NCBI GenBank assembly: GCA_964016885.1
Contig: OZ024740.1
Location: 102,734,001-102,798,000 of the forward strand
Reading direction: 5' to 3'
From: Eledone cirrhosa
Taxonomy: Eukaryota
DNA length: 64,000 bases
Shown piece by piece: positions 62,960 through 64,000 of this stretch (the first letter of the stretch is position 1; the number at the start of each line of letters is the position of its first letter). Made by a program: the position numbers and the translations under genes. The notes under the pieces are model-generated. The model did no database searches. It had not been told where the DNA came from and saw only the letters and a program-made list of their open reading frames with translations.

Positions 62960-64000
62960 TTAAGGGTCTCAAAGTCAACCTGACAAAGACTAAGGCCCTT
63001 GTAAGTAGACGAGAAAACAGAGCCCAGATACCCCCAGGGAAATGCCCTTGCTCAGTATGTAGGGAAGGTGTAGGTAGGAACATCATCCTCTGCCCCAAAT
63101 GCAAACAATGGGTACACAAGAGATGTAGCGGGATCTCAGGAAGCTTAGCAGCTGCACTGGGACTACAAGCAGCAAATGGCCACAGGAAACAAGCACCGCC
63201 AAACTCTGGGAGGGCTCTGTAGAAACAGTAGACAGCTTTTGCTACCTATGTGACCAAATTAGCAGCAGAGGTGGGTGTTCGGAAAGTACAGTAGCCAGGG
63301 TAAGAATGGGATGGAAGAAGTTCAGGGAGCTACTGCCACTGCTAGCTGCAATGTTACACGGTAGTGAGACCTGGGCGTTGTGTTTAGAAGACTTGCGTAG
63401 ATTAGAAAGAAACTCAGCTTGCATGCTCTGGTTCATTTGTAATACGCGAACGGCAAAGCAAAAACGAATTGAGAGAGAGACTGAGCATAAGAAGAATCAA
63501 ATGCTGTGAGAGGAGGTTACGTTGGTATGGACATGTGATGTGTATGAAGGATGACAGCTGCATAAAAAGATGCAGATCACTAGAAATCGATTGAAGCCGT
63601 GGAGCGGGGAAACACAAGAAGACTTGGGATGAGGTGATAAAAGCTGACCTTACCCAATTGCACTTCTCAAAGGCGATGACACTGTACCGTGACCTCTGGC
63701 GTCACGCAATAATACAGAAGACCCGACTCCCCACGGGTAGAAGCCAAAACCGAAGCATATAGTCAATATGCCCCCACCCCCTCCCACTGCAAAGTGGTCA
63801 TGGAGGACCCACAACAAAAAAGCACCCAGCACTCACTGTAAATGAGGTTGGTGTTAGGAAGGGCATCCAGCTGTAGAAATCAAGCCAGAATCAGTTCTCA
63901 TATGAGCAAGAGAAGGTTAGCCGACCGGGTACTGTCCATGACAAAACAACCCGTCTAACCCATGCTATCATGGAAGAATCGATGTAAAACGGTGATGATG
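62960..64000 (+). mobile_element. RTE-clade LINE 3' part
   Basis: KGLKVNLTKTK, CSVC..C..C..WVHKRC, GWKKFRELLPLL, HGSETW, RLRWYGHVM; 3' UTR ending (gat)n. Confidence 0.9.

Overview
AT-rich, repeat-saturated eukaryotic genomic DNA. The SINE families and RTE tails resemble those of octopod cephalopods (inference from recalled repeat sequences, not a search result). No intact protein-coding gene, tRNA, rRNA or CRISPR array is visible. Only two candidate first coding exons point away from each other near 3.9-5.1 kb. The rest is mobile-element debris: Penelope-like elements (PLEs) of the Naiad type, CRE-, Tx1-, R4/Dong-, CR1- and RTE-type LINEs, two tRNA-derived SINE families, mariner, piggyBac and hAT MITEs, and a near full-length but disrupted Helitron with two head-to-tail derivatives. 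The most unusual signal is RNA-structural. Minimal type-I hammerhead ribozyme (HHR) motifs recur in the PLE terminal repeats, several times as convergent sense plus antisense pairs about 100-140 nt apart. Five long inverted repeats with 68-310 bp arms each carry such a motif. All element calls and folds were made by eye.
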